40,382 nucleotides of DNA from an uncultured Woeseiaceae bacterium (GCA_947258485.1 CAMYIS010000105.1:1-40382); one strand, 5' to 3'; positions 1 through 9,463 are shown, numbered from the stretch's first letter. Notes: a model not told the origin generated them from the sequence alone. Numbers and translations: made by a program.

Positions 1-1047
1 CACTGTACGCATGCCGGAGTCGCTTGCAACATCGACAGCCTGGCTCCAGATCGCTTCGCCGGCGTTCTGCAGGAATTCCCTGCCGCGCTTTTCCGACTCC
101 GCGTATCGAAAAACGGCAAGGCTTCGCTCGGTGGCGGTGCCCACCGGGTCGGCGAACCTACCGAATGCTATGCCGAGTCGTTCGGCCTCGCGTGCCGCGT
201 CCTTGAGGATATAAAGCAACTTTTGCGTCGGCACCTGCATGCCTCGCATGACCATGGGTAACACTGGCCGCAGTCGCAGCTCCAGTCCATAGGCGTCGGC
301 AATGTCAAAGGCGCGCCGCAGCGCAAGATAGGAATATGGACTGCGAATAGAATGGAAGAACTCCAGCGGTGGCAGTTTCTTCGCGGCCGCCGGCGGTGTC
401 ACTGGCAGCGTGACCTGCATGGCCTGACGGATGGACGCGAGCAAGCGATCCGGAGAAGCCTGCATGACCGCGCCCAGTTGACTCAAACGATCCAGCAGGT
501 AGGACAATCGATCGACACCCCAATACCACTCGCCTTCATAATGCAGCATAGCGCTGTTGTAGTGTCGGAGGCGTTTCTGCAACTGCTGCGAATCACGAAT
601 TACTGTGTCCGCCGCACCTTTCGTTTCGGCGCCGCCTCTTCTGCGAGACGCCGCCTCTGCGTCACCCCTCCAAAATACCGTCAGTGCCTGTAGTAATTCT
701 GCATCGAAATTCTCTTCTCCATAACAGGCAGCGACTGCATCCAGCATGGCAAGCCGATGCTCGACGGGCGGGCTTGATCCTTTGTCGAGAAATGGAATGC
801 CCAGCTCGCGCGCGAGGCGTTCACAGTCATTGGCCGCATATTCGGCGAGCATTTCCGGCGCCGGCTGATACTCATTACCGAGTGCTTCCGACAGATGCAG
901 GCGAAGCTCGATGTCATAGTGCTCTGCAAAGCCGGGCAAGTAGTGAGCCAACAAGTAAGAGTATGGATCATCGAGTTGCAGGAATACCGAAACCACGTGT
1001 GGCCGCCTGAGCAAGCGTCGACGTGTTTCCCTGAGCCGACGAGACAT
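1..1047 (-). CDS. DsbA-family thioredoxin-fold protein, 2-hydroxychromene-2-carboxylate isomerase-like, with two tandem DsbA-like repeats. The 3' end runs off the window.
   Basis: It is absent from the ORF track because it has no stop codon inside the window. Manual reverse translation from the ATG (complement of 1045-1047) gives 349 uninterrupted codons ending exactly at base 1: MSRRLRETRRRLLRRPHVVSVFLQLDDPYSYLLAHYLPGF...PPLEFFHSIRSPYSYLALRRAFDIADAYGLELRLRPVLPMVMRG... The duplicated beta-strand plus (D/S)PYSYL motif is the N-terminal signature of HCCA-isomerase/DsbA-like domains. Confidence 0.75.
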   Translation of the reverse strand, partial: MSRRLRETRRRLLRRPHVVSVFLQLDDPYSYLLAHYLPGFAEHYDIELRLHLSEALGNEYQPAPEMLAEYAANDCERLARELGIPFLDKGSSPPVEHRLAMLDAVAACYGEENFDAELLQALTVFWRGDAEAASRRRGGAETKGAADTVIRDSQQLQKRLRHYNSAMLHYEGEWYWGVDRLSYLLDRLSQLGAVMQASPDRLLASIRQAMQVTLPVTPPAAAKKLPPLEFFHSIRSPYSYLALRRAFDIADAYGLELRLRPVLPMVMRGMQVPTQKLLYILKDAAREAERLGIAFGRFADPVGTATERSLAVFRYAESEKRGREFLQNAGEAIWSQAVDVASDSGMRTV

Positions 1048-1109
1048 GATGCGAGTCTTCTTGCTGAGCAACAGGCGCACAAAAAACAATCGCATTTTTC
1101 GTTTGACGC

Positions 1110-1384
1110 TCAAGATTCATCCCAGGTAGACGACGGCTTCCACAATAACTCATCGAGCCCGGGGGCCCAGCGATACTTCTTCATGTCGACTTTGCCATTA
1201 ATGACCGGCACACCTTCTTCAATGAGCCTGTTGCACTGCATGCGTGCCGCAGCGCATAGGCGACCTGTCGCGCACCGCGGGGAATACCCGCAATCTCGGC
1301 AACCTGGCCATAGTTCGCAACACAGCCCATGGGGATTTCCTGAATCGTCTCCCAGATACGGCGCATGCGCGTTTCGCGATCCAT
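1110..1384 (-). pseudogene. MGMT-family (YbaZ/Atl-like) DNA-binding protein gene with an internal out-of-frame deletion
   Basis: Frame A from the ATG at 1384 reads MDRETRMRRIWETIQEIPMGCVANYGQVAEIAGIPRGARQVAYALRHA, then non-homologous residues to a TGA at 1181-1183. Frame B (1241 down to the stop at 1110-1112) reads QCNRLIEEGVPVINGKVDMKKYRW, which matches the C-terminal end of YbaZ-type proteins (..ALLAEGV....G.IDL.RYRW). The roughly 25-30 residues between them, which normally carry the PWHRV/PCHRV motif, are missing. The track ORF 1181..1573 is an artefactual upstream extension. Confidence 0.6.
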
Positions 1385-1394
1385 TGCAAAGCGC

Positions 1395-2759
1395 TCAGCT
1401 GAGCCCGAGCCGGGCCTGAATTTCGCGTTTGGCGTCGCGCAGCACGGTGTCCCGGTCCAGGGACTCGAGAATCTGCTTGACGACCGTCTTGGGTCCGCCA
1501 TCGCCCCACGATTTTCCCTTGGCCAGGTATTCCGCCGCCGCACGGCCGACCAGGTAGGTACTGTAATACGCAATGGCGCCCTGCGCGCCCGCCGTGAGAA
1601 TTGTCGAAAGGCCGAGCGTACCGACTTTGAGTGCGCTGGACACGAAGTGCAGGGCCCACACCGTGCCCATCAATGCGGCGGATTCTGCGACGATGACTTT
1701 CACGATGGAGCCGGCTTCCTGGTTGCTTAGCGGCAGGTCGTAGACTCGCGACAAGTGCACAACCATGCCCACGTCAATAAAAGCAGCTGCAAACAGATCC
1801 GCAACCGGGACAGGATTGAATGCCACCGCAATGCCTTTTCCGACGCAGTAAGTGCGCACGAGTTTTTCCCCGAGTTCGCGCCGCGCGGCAAGAATTCGAC
1901 GGCCAACCTGGTCGGAAAGGTCGGCTGCGAACAGGCTGGCATTGAGCGCTGCCAGCGTCTTGCCTTCGGCCTCGAGGATTTCCCACAGTCTGAGGCGCAG
2001 TTCCGCTACATCCGAATCCTGGTCTCGCGCCGATGTCGTTTCGTTACCGCCCGCATCAACGGCAACCACGGTCTGCGGCCGCGGATGCGCCGCCGTCGCT
2101 ATGACGTTGGCGGGATCGATAATTTGCTTTGTTTTCGCGCGTATCGAACGCAACAGGGCATCACGCTCCTGGCTTGTGTACAGGTCGGACTTGTTCAGCA
2201 CAACGAGCACCGGCCGACCCTGCGCCAGTACCGCTTTGAGCGCGTCCAGCTCGGTGTCCGTGATATCACTATCGAGGACAAACATGACGAGATCCGAGCG
2301 ACCGGCGACTTCCCTCGCGAGCGCTTCTCGATCTTCACCACCGGCTTCGTCCAGGCCGGGCGTGTCTATCAGGAAAACGCCGCCGGCCTCGACCTGATTC
2401 CAGGCTTGCATCGAAGAATGCCGGGTCTCGCCGTGCAGCGGACTGACGGAAAACACGTCTTCGCCGATCAGGGCGTTCAGCAGCGAGGACTTGCCGGTGC
2501 TGACCCGGCCGAATGCCGAAAGGTGCAGGTGACCGTGTTCCAGTTTGTCGAGCATCGCCTGCACGGCTTCGTAGTCATGCGCCAGCGATTCGCGCACACC
2601 GTCGGGCAGGCGCGAGTCCTGAATGAGCTCGCGTAAGCTTTCGCGTGCCAGACTCAGGTGATCTGCGCCGCCGTCAGACGGTGGCTCAGTCGACTTTTTC
2701 TTCCAGGGCCATTCTGGCAATGCGGCGAACGCCCGCTTCCAAATGCTCACTGATGCCAT
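1395..2759 (-). CDS. Era/EngA-type (MMR_HSR1-like) GTPase with a C-terminal DUF697/YcjF-like membrane domain
   Basis: Track ORF 1395..2822. GTPase motifs are G1 GRVSTGKSS, G3 DTPG and G4 NKSD. The C-terminus is a glycine-rich hydrophobic region (GMVVHL..ALMGTVWALHFVSSALKVGTLGLSTILTAGAQGAIAYYSTYLVG). I set the start at the ATG at 2759 (MASVSIWKRAF..). This still overlaps the upstream paralogue by 74 nt, so the start is uncertain; an in-frame GTG further downstream (residues VRESLAHDY) is possible. Confidence 0.7.
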   Translation of the reverse strand: MASVSIWKRAFAALPEWPWKKKSTEPPSDGGADHLSLARESLRELIQDSRLPDGVRESLAHDYEAVQAMLDKLEHGHLHLSAFGRVSTGKSSLLNALIGEDVFSVSPLHGETRHSSMQAWNQVEAGGVFLIDTPGLDEAGGEDREALAREVAGRSDLVMFVLDSDITDTELDALKAVLAQGRPVLVVLNKSDLYTSQERDALLRSIRAKTKQIIDPANVIATAAHPRPQTVVAVDAGGNETTSARDQDSDVAELRLRLWEILEAEGKTLAALNASLFAADLSDQVGRRILAARRELGEKLVRTYCVGKGIAVAFNPVPVADLFAAAFIDVGMVVHLSRVYDLPLSNQEAGSIVKVIVAESAALMGTVWALHFVSSALKVGTLGLSTILTAGAQGAIAYYSTYLVGRAAAEYLAKGKSWGDGGPKTVVKQILESLDRDTVLRDAKREIQARLGLS

Positions 2760-4035
2760 CCTCGAATTCTTTGCTGGCCGTTTCAGGTACGAGCTCACCG
2801 TGACGGGACAGAGACAACACACTTTGGCTCATGGACAGGAATTCTTCAATATCGAGATCGCGCGGCGTCGCACCGTATAGCTTGCAGAGCTGCTGCGTCA
2901 TTGTCGTGCCGACATAGCCCTGGATCAGGATATCAGTTCCGGGGCTGATCGCGGCCAGCGCGCCAACGACGGCTTTGCGAGTCGCGCTGCGAATAATCTG
3001 CTCGGAGCGCTGCAGTCGATACTGCGCTTCGGCTGCTGCAAGTCGGGTTGCAGCCATTTGGAATACGGCACGTTCGCGCCGCAGGTCCAGCGGTACATCG
3101 TCAGTCTCGAGCAGTCGATTGATCGCGACAACGAGCACACCGATGTCGGCTGGCCGGCTGCGGCGCACGGTTTGCTCGCGGCCGTCCTCGTGCCGCTCGA
3201 TGACATCGGACTCGCCGCCGGCCGTCACGGCAACCACATGGTCGCGCTGCAGTTGGCCACCAACCTCGTCGACCCGTTCAAGCAATTTCTGCATGAGCGT
3301 CGCCTGTTCCTCGCTGGTAAAGCGGTCTGCTTTGTTGAGAACGAGTACCAGCGGTTTGTCAAAAGCCAGGAGCGCTTCGATGGAACGAATCTCCGCTCGG
3401 GTCAGGTCGCTATCACACACAAATAGTACGACGTGTGCACGCTTGGCCTCATCAGCGGCAATTGCCGAAAGCTGACCGTCAATGCCACCGATGCCCGGCA
3501 CATCCGTCAGCAATATCTCGTTCCCGGCATCGTTGCGCCAGCGATAATGGCGCACATCGTCGGTAGATCCACCGACCACATCGATCAGAACGTCGGCATC
3601 GGGTACAAGGGCTTTGATCAGCGAACTCTTGCCGGTACTGATTTCACCGAAGAAACACAGGTTGATCGCGCCATGTTGCTGGCGCGTCGCCAACTCCTTC
3701 AGCTCGGCCTGCGCGCTCGCAACATCGACCCCGGCGGCTTCGGCTTCGCGGATTCGTTCTTCGATCTCCTGTTTGGTCAGCGGCCGGGATACGACGGCTC
3801 TCGCCGGCGTGATCTTGCGCCGGACGACAAGGCGCCAGATCAACCACAGCGCGGCGACGGCGAGCAACAGCATCACGGCCATGTAAGCGTAAAGGAGCGC
3901 CGGTGGTCCGGCCTTCAGGCGATCCCAAACGTTTAGCGCTGATTCAGAAATAAACAGCAATGCGCCAATCGCGATGACAAAAACCAGCGCAATGGCAATG
4001 GCTATTGCAATACGAATGAAGCGATCAAGTTTCAT
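2686..4035 (-). CDS. Membrane-anchored GTPase with two N-terminal TM helices, paralogue of the downstream GTPase
   Basis: 449-aa ORF. TM segments are IRIAIAIAIALVFVIAIGALLFI and LLYAYMAVMLLLAVAALWLIWRLVV. GTPase motifs are G1 GEISTGKSS, G3 DVPG and G4 NKAD. A coiled-coil-like region and a DUF697-like segment (AVVGALAAISPGTDILIQGYVG) follow. Confidence 0.7.
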   Translation of the reverse strand: MKLDRFIRIAIAIAIALVFVIAIGALLFISESALNVWDRLKAGPPALLYAYMAVMLLLAVAALWLIWRLVVRRKITPARAVVSRPLTKQEIEERIREAEAAGVDVASAQAELKELATRQQHGAINLCFFGEISTGKSSLIKALVPDADVLIDVVGGSTDDVRHYRWRNDAGNEILLTDVPGIGGIDGQLSAIAADEAKRAHVVLFVCDSDLTRAEIRSIEALLAFDKPLVLVLNKADRFTSEEQATLMQKLLERVDEVGGQLQRDHVVAVTAGGESDVIERHEDGREQTVRRSRPADIGVLVVAINRLLETDDVPLDLRRERAVFQMAATRLAAAEAQYRLQRSEQIIRSATRKAVVGALAAISPGTDILIQGYVGTTMTQQLCKLYGATPRDLDIEEFLSMSQSVLSLSRHGELVPETASKEFEDGISEHLEAGVRRIARMALEEKVD

Positions 4036-4125
4036 TGGCGTCAGGTTACACGATCTTTTACTGCGGAGACCGAATTAGCGTAGCTTTGCGCGCCGGCATT
4101 GTCCCCTTTTTGGGGAGGCGCGCTC

Positions 4126-5919
4126 CTACAGCTGTGCTTCGATCCAACGATCGATCTTGGCTTCCAGTGTCGACAGCGGCATGGCGCCGTCCTTCAGCAC
4201 CTGCGTGTGGAAATCCTTGACGTCAAATTTGTCACCGAGCCGTGCCTCTGCATCGTCGCGTATCGCACGAATCTTGAGTTGACCAACCTTGTAAGCCAGC
4301 GCCTGCCCGGGAATCGCCATGAATCGCTCAGCTTCCGCGACAGCGCGTGCCTCAACTACGGCTGAATTCGCGTACATGTAATCGAGCACCTGTTGCCGGG
4401 TCCAGCCTTTTGAGTGGATACCCGTATCGACAACCAGTCGAATCGATCGCCATAGCTCGGCATTCAGGCCACCAAAATACTGGTAGGGATCCGTGAATAC
4501 GCCGAGTTCCTTGCCTAGCGATTCTGCATAGAGCCCCCAGCCTTCAGAGAAGGCCGTAAAGCCACCGTAACGGCGAAAGTCGGGCAAAGCATCGTTCTCA
4601 CGTTGAATCATGATCTGGAAGTGGTGACCCGGAATCGCCTCATGCAAGAACAATGACTCCATCGCCCACTTGCCGCGCGCCTTGATGTCGTAGGCGTTGG
4701 CGTAAAAGACCCCGGGCCGAGAGCCGTCCGCCGTTCCCGCCATATAGGAACCGCCGGCCGCGGACCTTTCGCGGAATGGTTCTACGCGGCGAACTTCGAA
4801 CGCTGTCTTGGGAAAAATCTCAAACAGGTTTTTCGACAGTTCGCTGATGTGTTCCGTCATGTCACGGTAGCCCTGGATCAACTCTTCGGCCTCGTCGAAG
4901 AAGAACTGGTCATCCGTATTAACGAATTCGAAGAAGTCATCGAGGTCGCCCTCGAAACCGACTTCCTCCATGACGCCCCGCATTTGGTCGTGAATCCGAG
5001 CGACCTCATCGAGGCCGACCTGGTGAATCTGATCGGGCGTCATATCGGTAGTCGTACGGACCCGCACCAGGTAGGAATACCAGTCTTCGCCATTTGGCAA
5101 CGCATAGAGCCCAACGGTTTCGCGAGCCGCGGCAAGGTATTCATCGCCGATGAAATTATTCAGTCGCTCATAGGCAGGAACGATCGTGCTACTGATCTTG
5201 TCCGCATAGGCAGTGATGAGTCGCTCACGGTCCGCATCACTGAAGTCATCGGGCATATTCCGAATCGGCGCATAAAAACTGCTGTCCCCAGGATCGTCGA
5301 CGAACTGCGATTCAAGCTGCGGCACAAGCTTTTCCATCAGGATTCGCGGCTGCACTATGCCTTCGCGCATGCCTTCTTTCATGTTCGTAATAACCTGGTC
5401 GACATTGATTGCGAACTGGTCGGCGCGACTCAGGAAATCGTCGTAGTCCTTGACGCTATTGAAAGGATGCGCGCTGGCGCCGCTGCCCAGTTGCACGAAG
5501 AAACTGGTCAGTGAGTAAAACTGGTTGATCGGCTGCAGGTGCGACGGGAACTGATTGCCTTCCAGCGATTGCTCGCGTTTGATCCTGAACAGGTCATAGC
5601 TGAGCTGGTCCTGGTAATCGAGCTGCTCTCGATCGATCGCGAGCAGACGCTGCAGGAATTCCTCGTCCATTGCAGTCGCTGCAGCACGGTATTCCGGGCT
5701 ATTCGTATTTGCCAGGCGGTCGTTGTAACGATAATCGCCAATAAAAGTGGCCGAGATCGGGTTCATTTCGAGATTGCGCTCGAAATACTCGTCGAACAAG
5801 GCATGTAAAGTGGCGGATGGGGTGGCCTGGGTTTGCTCGCTTGCAGCCTGATCCTGTGGGCCGCCGCACGCGGCAACCAGCAGGACCGCAGCCAGCACGG
5901 CTGAGGTGAGTAACTTCAT
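4126..5919 (-). CDS. DUF885 family lipoprotein (putative metallopeptidase-like)
   Basis: 597-aa ORF. The lipoprotein signal is MKLLTSAVLAAVLLVAACGG. The DUF885 hallmark LHEAIPGHHFQ is present, followed by GWGLYAE. Confidence 0.8.
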   Translation of the reverse strand: MKLLTSAVLAAVLLVAACGGPQDQAASEQTQATPSATLHALFDEYFERNLEMNPISATFIGDYRYNDRLANTNSPEYRAAATAMDEEFLQRLLAIDREQLDYQDQLSYDLFRIKREQSLEGNQFPSHLQPINQFYSLTSFFVQLGSGASAHPFNSVKDYDDFLSRADQFAINVDQVITNMKEGMREGIVQPRILMEKLVPQLESQFVDDPGDSSFYAPIRNMPDDFSDADRERLITAYADKISSTIVPAYERLNNFIGDEYLAAARETVGLYALPNGEDWYSYLVRVRTTTDMTPDQIHQVGLDEVARIHDQMRGVMEEVGFEGDLDDFFEFVNTDDQFFFDEAEELIQGYRDMTEHISELSKNLFEIFPKTAFEVRRVEPFRERSAAGGSYMAGTADGSRPGVFYANAYDIKARGKWAMESLFLHEAIPGHHFQIMIQRENDALPDFRRYGGFTAFSEGWGLYAESLGKELGVFTDPYQYFGGLNAELWRSIRLVVDTGIHSKGWTRQQVLDYMYANSAVVEARAVAEAERFMAIPGQALAYKVGQLKIRAIRDDAEARLGDKFDVKDFHTQVLKDGAMPLSTLEAKIDRWIEAQL

Positions 5920-5941
5920 TGCGGGAAATCCTGATATCGAA

Positions 5942-7324
5942 TCAGGTAATCATAAACCCTAGGTCCCGCTCCGCAAAATTGCCGAGGTTCGGCGCCACGA
6001 CATCGAGATCGATATCAGGAATTCCAAACCACTTCGCGAGCGTAGCCGCGTACTGATCCGCGGACGTTGACGGAATCATGCGGCCACCACCAACGTCTTC
6101 GGGACCTCCTATTTCGAGCACTGGATACGTGCCGTAGATGTCCCGCCCGATTACAGCGTCACCCATAACGACCTGGTTGCCACCCCAGGCATGATCGGTT
6201 CCGTCACCGTTCGACGTCAATGTGCGTCCGAAATCGGACTGGGTAAACGCCGTTACGCTGTCCGCCATGCCAATCTCGATTGTTGCATCATAAAACGCGG
6301 CCATCGCATCGCTGACTCCGCCCAGCAATCCCGGCTGATCTTCGTTCTGGTTATCGTGCGAGTCGAAACCGCCAATCCCGACGAAAAATACCTGGCGCTG
6401 CATAGCGAGCTGCTCCCGAGAGTAAATCAGCTTCGCTACAGTCTCGAGCTGCCTGCCAAGCGGAGTGTTGGGGAACACCGTCGATATCGCACCTGATGCC
6501 TCGGCATCCTGGATAGCCATGGAAACCGAATCAGCCGCGTCGATAGCGCGGGCTTGAATATCGGCGAAACCGCGCTCATAAATTGAATCGTACTGCGCTT
6601 CGACAACGCGCTGGAATGCGAGCCTTTGATCGAAAAGGATATTATCCGGATCCGTCGAGAAGCCCTCGAACTGCAGCGGCCCGGATTGCCCCATCACATA
6701 AGCGATCGTCTCGTCAGCCGACTGAAATAAACTCGTACCGTATAGCGACGCGTTGGTCGCCATCTTCTGGTCTGCAACGTTACTTCGGATTAAATCTGCC
6801 ATTCGGCCTGCCCAGCCTGTCTTGCTGGTGTTTGCACCTTTCAGCGAATTCCATTGCGCCTGTTGGTCATTATGCGAGAACAATTGTGAAGGCAATATCA
6901 CTGATTGATTCTGGTACTCAATTCTTGTCGTTGGCTCGACGAGCGGCCCGACATTTGCGACAAATGCCGCATTGCCTGCTTCGAACAAGGCCTGCATACG
7001 CCCCATCGTCGGGTGTAAACCGAACGCTTCGGAACCCGGTGTCAACGATGCCGGATTGATTGGCAACAGGTCTTCTTTCGCGATCGAGAGGTTTTGTCGT
7101 GATGCCGCGTAGATGTTGTACTCGGCGTCGGTGTTCGGCACGAGCATGTTGAAAGAATCGTTGCCACCATGCAGGAATATACATACGAGCGCACGATAGT
7201 CATTAAATGGCCCCGCGGTACCCACCACCTGTGTATAAGCCAGGCCCGGCGTACTTGCGAATGCAGCTGCAACTGCCGCTGCGCTGCTGGTCTTGAGAAA
7301 ATCTCGTCGATTGATTTTTTTCAT
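5942..7324 (-). CDS. DUF1501 domain protein (sulfatase/alkaline-phosphatase-like), Tat-exported
   Basis: 460-aa ORF. The twin-arginine signal is MKKINRRDFLKTSSAAAVAAAFA. The C-terminal motif GDGTDHAWGGNQVVMG is typical of DUF1501. Confidence 0.8.
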   Translation of the reverse strand: MKKINRRDFLKTSSAAAVAAAFASTPGLAYTQVVGTAGPFNDYRALVCIFLHGGNDSFNMLVPNTDAEYNIYAASRQNLSIAKEDLLPINPASLTPGSEAFGLHPTMGRMQALFEAGNAAFVANVGPLVEPTTRIEYQNQSVILPSQLFSHNDQQAQWNSLKGANTSKTGWAGRMADLIRSNVADQKMATNASLYGTSLFQSADETIAYVMGQSGPLQFEGFSTDPDNILFDQRLAFQRVVEAQYDSIYERGFADIQARAIDAADSVSMAIQDAEASGAISTVFPNTPLGRQLETVAKLIYSREQLAMQRQVFFVGIGGFDSHDNQNEDQPGLLGGVSDAMAAFYDATIEIGMADSVTAFTQSDFGRTLTSNGDGTDHAWGGNQVVMGDAVIGRDIYGTYPVLEIGGPEDVGGGRMIPSTSADQYAATLAKWFGIPDIDLDVVAPNLGNFAERDLGFMIT

Positions 7325-7351
7325 GATTGTTCTCCCGGCGGGCCGCCATAC

Positions 7352-8992
7352 TCAACGCTGGTAGGCGTATTCCGGTGATGTCACAATGAAATAAATGGTT
7401 TCGGCTGCGCGTAACGCCGTCTCGGTTTCCGGTATCAGCGCAAGCATTCCAGCTATCTCGTTTCGCAGAGTGTCCGAAATCCGACCGGCCAGAAGCTTGT
7501 CGGCGACCGAATCGATCAGCATGTCGATGTCGGCCGCAAGTAACATTTCGGACTCAAAATTGATGTAGACGTCATCTTCGTTCAACGCGGTGTTCGTCGA
7601 ATTCAATGCAAACGTCTGATAAAACATGTAGTTCGTGACATAGGTGTTCAAATATTCAGTCGCGATCTCGAGCTCCGGGGCAACGAGATTGTTATTGCGT
7701 ATTTCTCCGGGCGGCGCAAAAAACGGACTGAAGAAGTTGAACACGTGCGGCGCCTGCAGCGGCCCCTGTCCAAATACGATGTAGGCGAAGTTAAGCGGAT
7801 AGCGGCCACTCTGCGAAGTGGCATCGTAGGCGCGCCACAGTTGGGTGAGTCGCAATAGCGGTTCCTTGACCTTGCCGTCGAGCTCCATCGGTATTGCTGG
7901 CCGCGCTTCGTCGTCGAGCAGTATGGCTTTGACGACTGCGCCTAGATCTCCGCGTACGCCAGCTCCGTTGTCGTTAAAGACTGCGGCAACGCGCGACACA
8001 TAGCCCCGCGACGGGTTACTGGTAACCAGCCGCTGTATGAGCCGGATCGAGATAAAAGGTCCCACGTTCGGGTGATTGAAAATATTGTCGAGCGCGTCGC
8101 TGAGGTCCTGCTCCCCGCTCTGTCCCGGCGGCAGCGTAATACCATTGAGCAGGGTTTTGGGGCCCGTGTCATGAAAGTCCGGCCAATGCTGCATAGGCAA
8201 GACCTGACGGGACGGTGTCGGGAATACGTCCTGGAATCGGGGCGCGCCCGCATACGTCCAGCCCGTATAGACATGCGCGAATCCCTCGATGATTTCCTGG
8301 TCGTAGGTCGGGATCGGCCGTCCCTGATCCAGCTTCTCGCTTCCGTCGATATTGAGCTCGACCAGCCCGATCGAGAACAGCTGCATTAACTCACGCGCGT
8401 AGTTCTCGTCAGGGCGGATATTTAGCGTCGGGTTCGGCTTCTCGTTGCCCAGCATGCTCAGGTAGACACCCATCGCCGGGTGCAGAGTAACGTCCTCGAT
8501 CAGGTCGCGATAGTTCCCAAAGGCGTTTTCCGCGAGCATGTCGTAATAGCTCGCCAGCGAATACGGCTGGTTGTTCAATGCGCCGAGTTCAGACACGACC
8601 ATGATCTCGGACAACGCGAATGCGACGCGCTGGCGCAGCTGATCTTCACCATGCAACGCATTGCGGAAGAAGATGTCCGCCCTGTCGCGCTGCAGCTCAA
8701 ACATACCCATCTGCGGCGGCGGCAGCGCCTGCAAATGCGGCAACTGCAGCGATACCGGCTTCTGCATCTGGTCGTCGATCCAGGCTTCCTGGCGCATCGA
8801 AATGACGCGCTGGGCCTCGGCTTCAGTCGCCCCGAACGAGCCCTGGTTCAGAAACTGGTAGGCCTCGGCCTTGGTTACAGGCGGTGGTGGCGGGGGTGGG
8901 GGCGGCGGCGCGGGCGCGTCAGCACCGCCACCACAACCGGCAAGGCCGAGCATCAGCGAGGCAAAAATTGATAACAGTCGATTCATGCTCAT
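7352..8992 (-). CDS. DUF1800 domain lipoprotein, the usual partner of DUF1501
   Basis: 546-aa ORF. The lipobox is LMLGLAGCGG, followed by a run of 10 consecutive prolines. The DUF1800-like core includes ENYARELMQLFSIG. It lies 27 nt upstream of the DUF1501 gene. Confidence 0.75.
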   Translation of the reverse strand: MSMNRLLSIFASLMLGLAGCGGGADAPAPPPPPPPPPPVTKAEAYQFLNQGSFGATEAEAQRVISMRQEAWIDDQMQKPVSLQLPHLQALPPPQMGMFELQRDRADIFFRNALHGEDQLRQRVAFALSEIMVVSELGALNNQPYSLASYYDMLAENAFGNYRDLIEDVTLHPAMGVYLSMLGNEKPNPTLNIRPDENYARELMQLFSIGLVELNIDGSEKLDQGRPIPTYDQEIIEGFAHVYTGWTYAGAPRFQDVFPTPSRQVLPMQHWPDFHDTGPKTLLNGITLPPGQSGEQDLSDALDNIFNHPNVGPFISIRLIQRLVTSNPSRGYVSRVAAVFNDNGAGVRGDLGAVVKAILLDDEARPAIPMELDGKVKEPLLRLTQLWRAYDATSQSGRYPLNFAYIVFGQGPLQAPHVFNFFSPFFAPPGEIRNNNLVAPELEIATEYLNTYVTNYMFYQTFALNSTNTALNEDDVYINFESEMLLAADIDMLIDSVADKLLAGRISDTLRNEIAGMLALIPETETALRAAETIYFIVTSPEYAYQR

Positions 8993-9046
8993 AGTCTTAC
9001 CCCGTTTTCTCGCCGGTTCGAGGAACCAGGTTCCGTTACGCTCTTT

Positions 9047-9463
9047 TTATTTGCCGTGTACCGATTCGAGATAGCTTATTTGCTCGGCTGTCAGCAGGTT
9101 CTTGAGCTTCACCAGCATGGCCATCTGCTTCTTTTTGACCTGGTTTTCGGCCAGCAGTGCCATTTCGGCGTACTCGAGAACGCGCTGTTCATTGATCGGC
9201 ATCTTGTCGAGCTCCAGCATCAATGCCTGGTAGGCCTCCTGCATATCCCACTCATGCTCGGCAACCCCCGACTGCACTTCTACCACGGCGGCCCTGATCT
9301 TCGTGAACTGGGCCTTGCTCAAGTCAAGCTCTGCCTTGTGTTCCAGGATGATATTGGGCGGAAACAACTTGCCCTTGAATACATCGTCCTTCGGTCCTGC
9401 TGCGAACGCCGGGCCCACAAGCAGTGTCACCGCGGTCAGCACTAACAAAAGTCCCTTTTTCAT
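9047..9463 (-). CDS. Periplasmic Spy/CpxP-family (LTXXQ motif) protein
   Basis: 138-aa ORF. The signal peptide is MKKGLLLVLTAVTLLVGPAFAA. Motifs are LSKAQ and LTAEQ in a helical, charged protein. Its start overlaps the anti-sigma stop by 4 nt. Confidence 0.65.
   Translation of the reverse strand: MKKGLLLVLTAVTLLVGPAFAAGPKDDVFKGKLFPPNIILEHKAELDLSKAQFTKIRAAVVEVQSGVAEHEWDMQEAYQALMLELDKMPINEQRVLEYAEMALLAENQVKKKQMAMLVKLKNLLTAEQISYLESVHGK

Noticed and set aside
1181-1573. 130-aa track ORF (MRITVPTWSAVRRR..)
   Set aside because: Only its last 67 codons, from the ATG at 1384, are homologous to MGMT-family proteins. The upstream part is an out-of-frame overlap with the 3' end of the GTPase gene and is Arg/Trp/Ser-rich nonsense.
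8871-8940. G-rich (plus-strand) repeat ggcggtggtggcgggggtgggggcggcggc as a microsatellite or G-quadruplex element
   Set aside because: It is the antisense of the P10 linker codons of the DUF1800 gene, so protein-level selection for prolines explains it.
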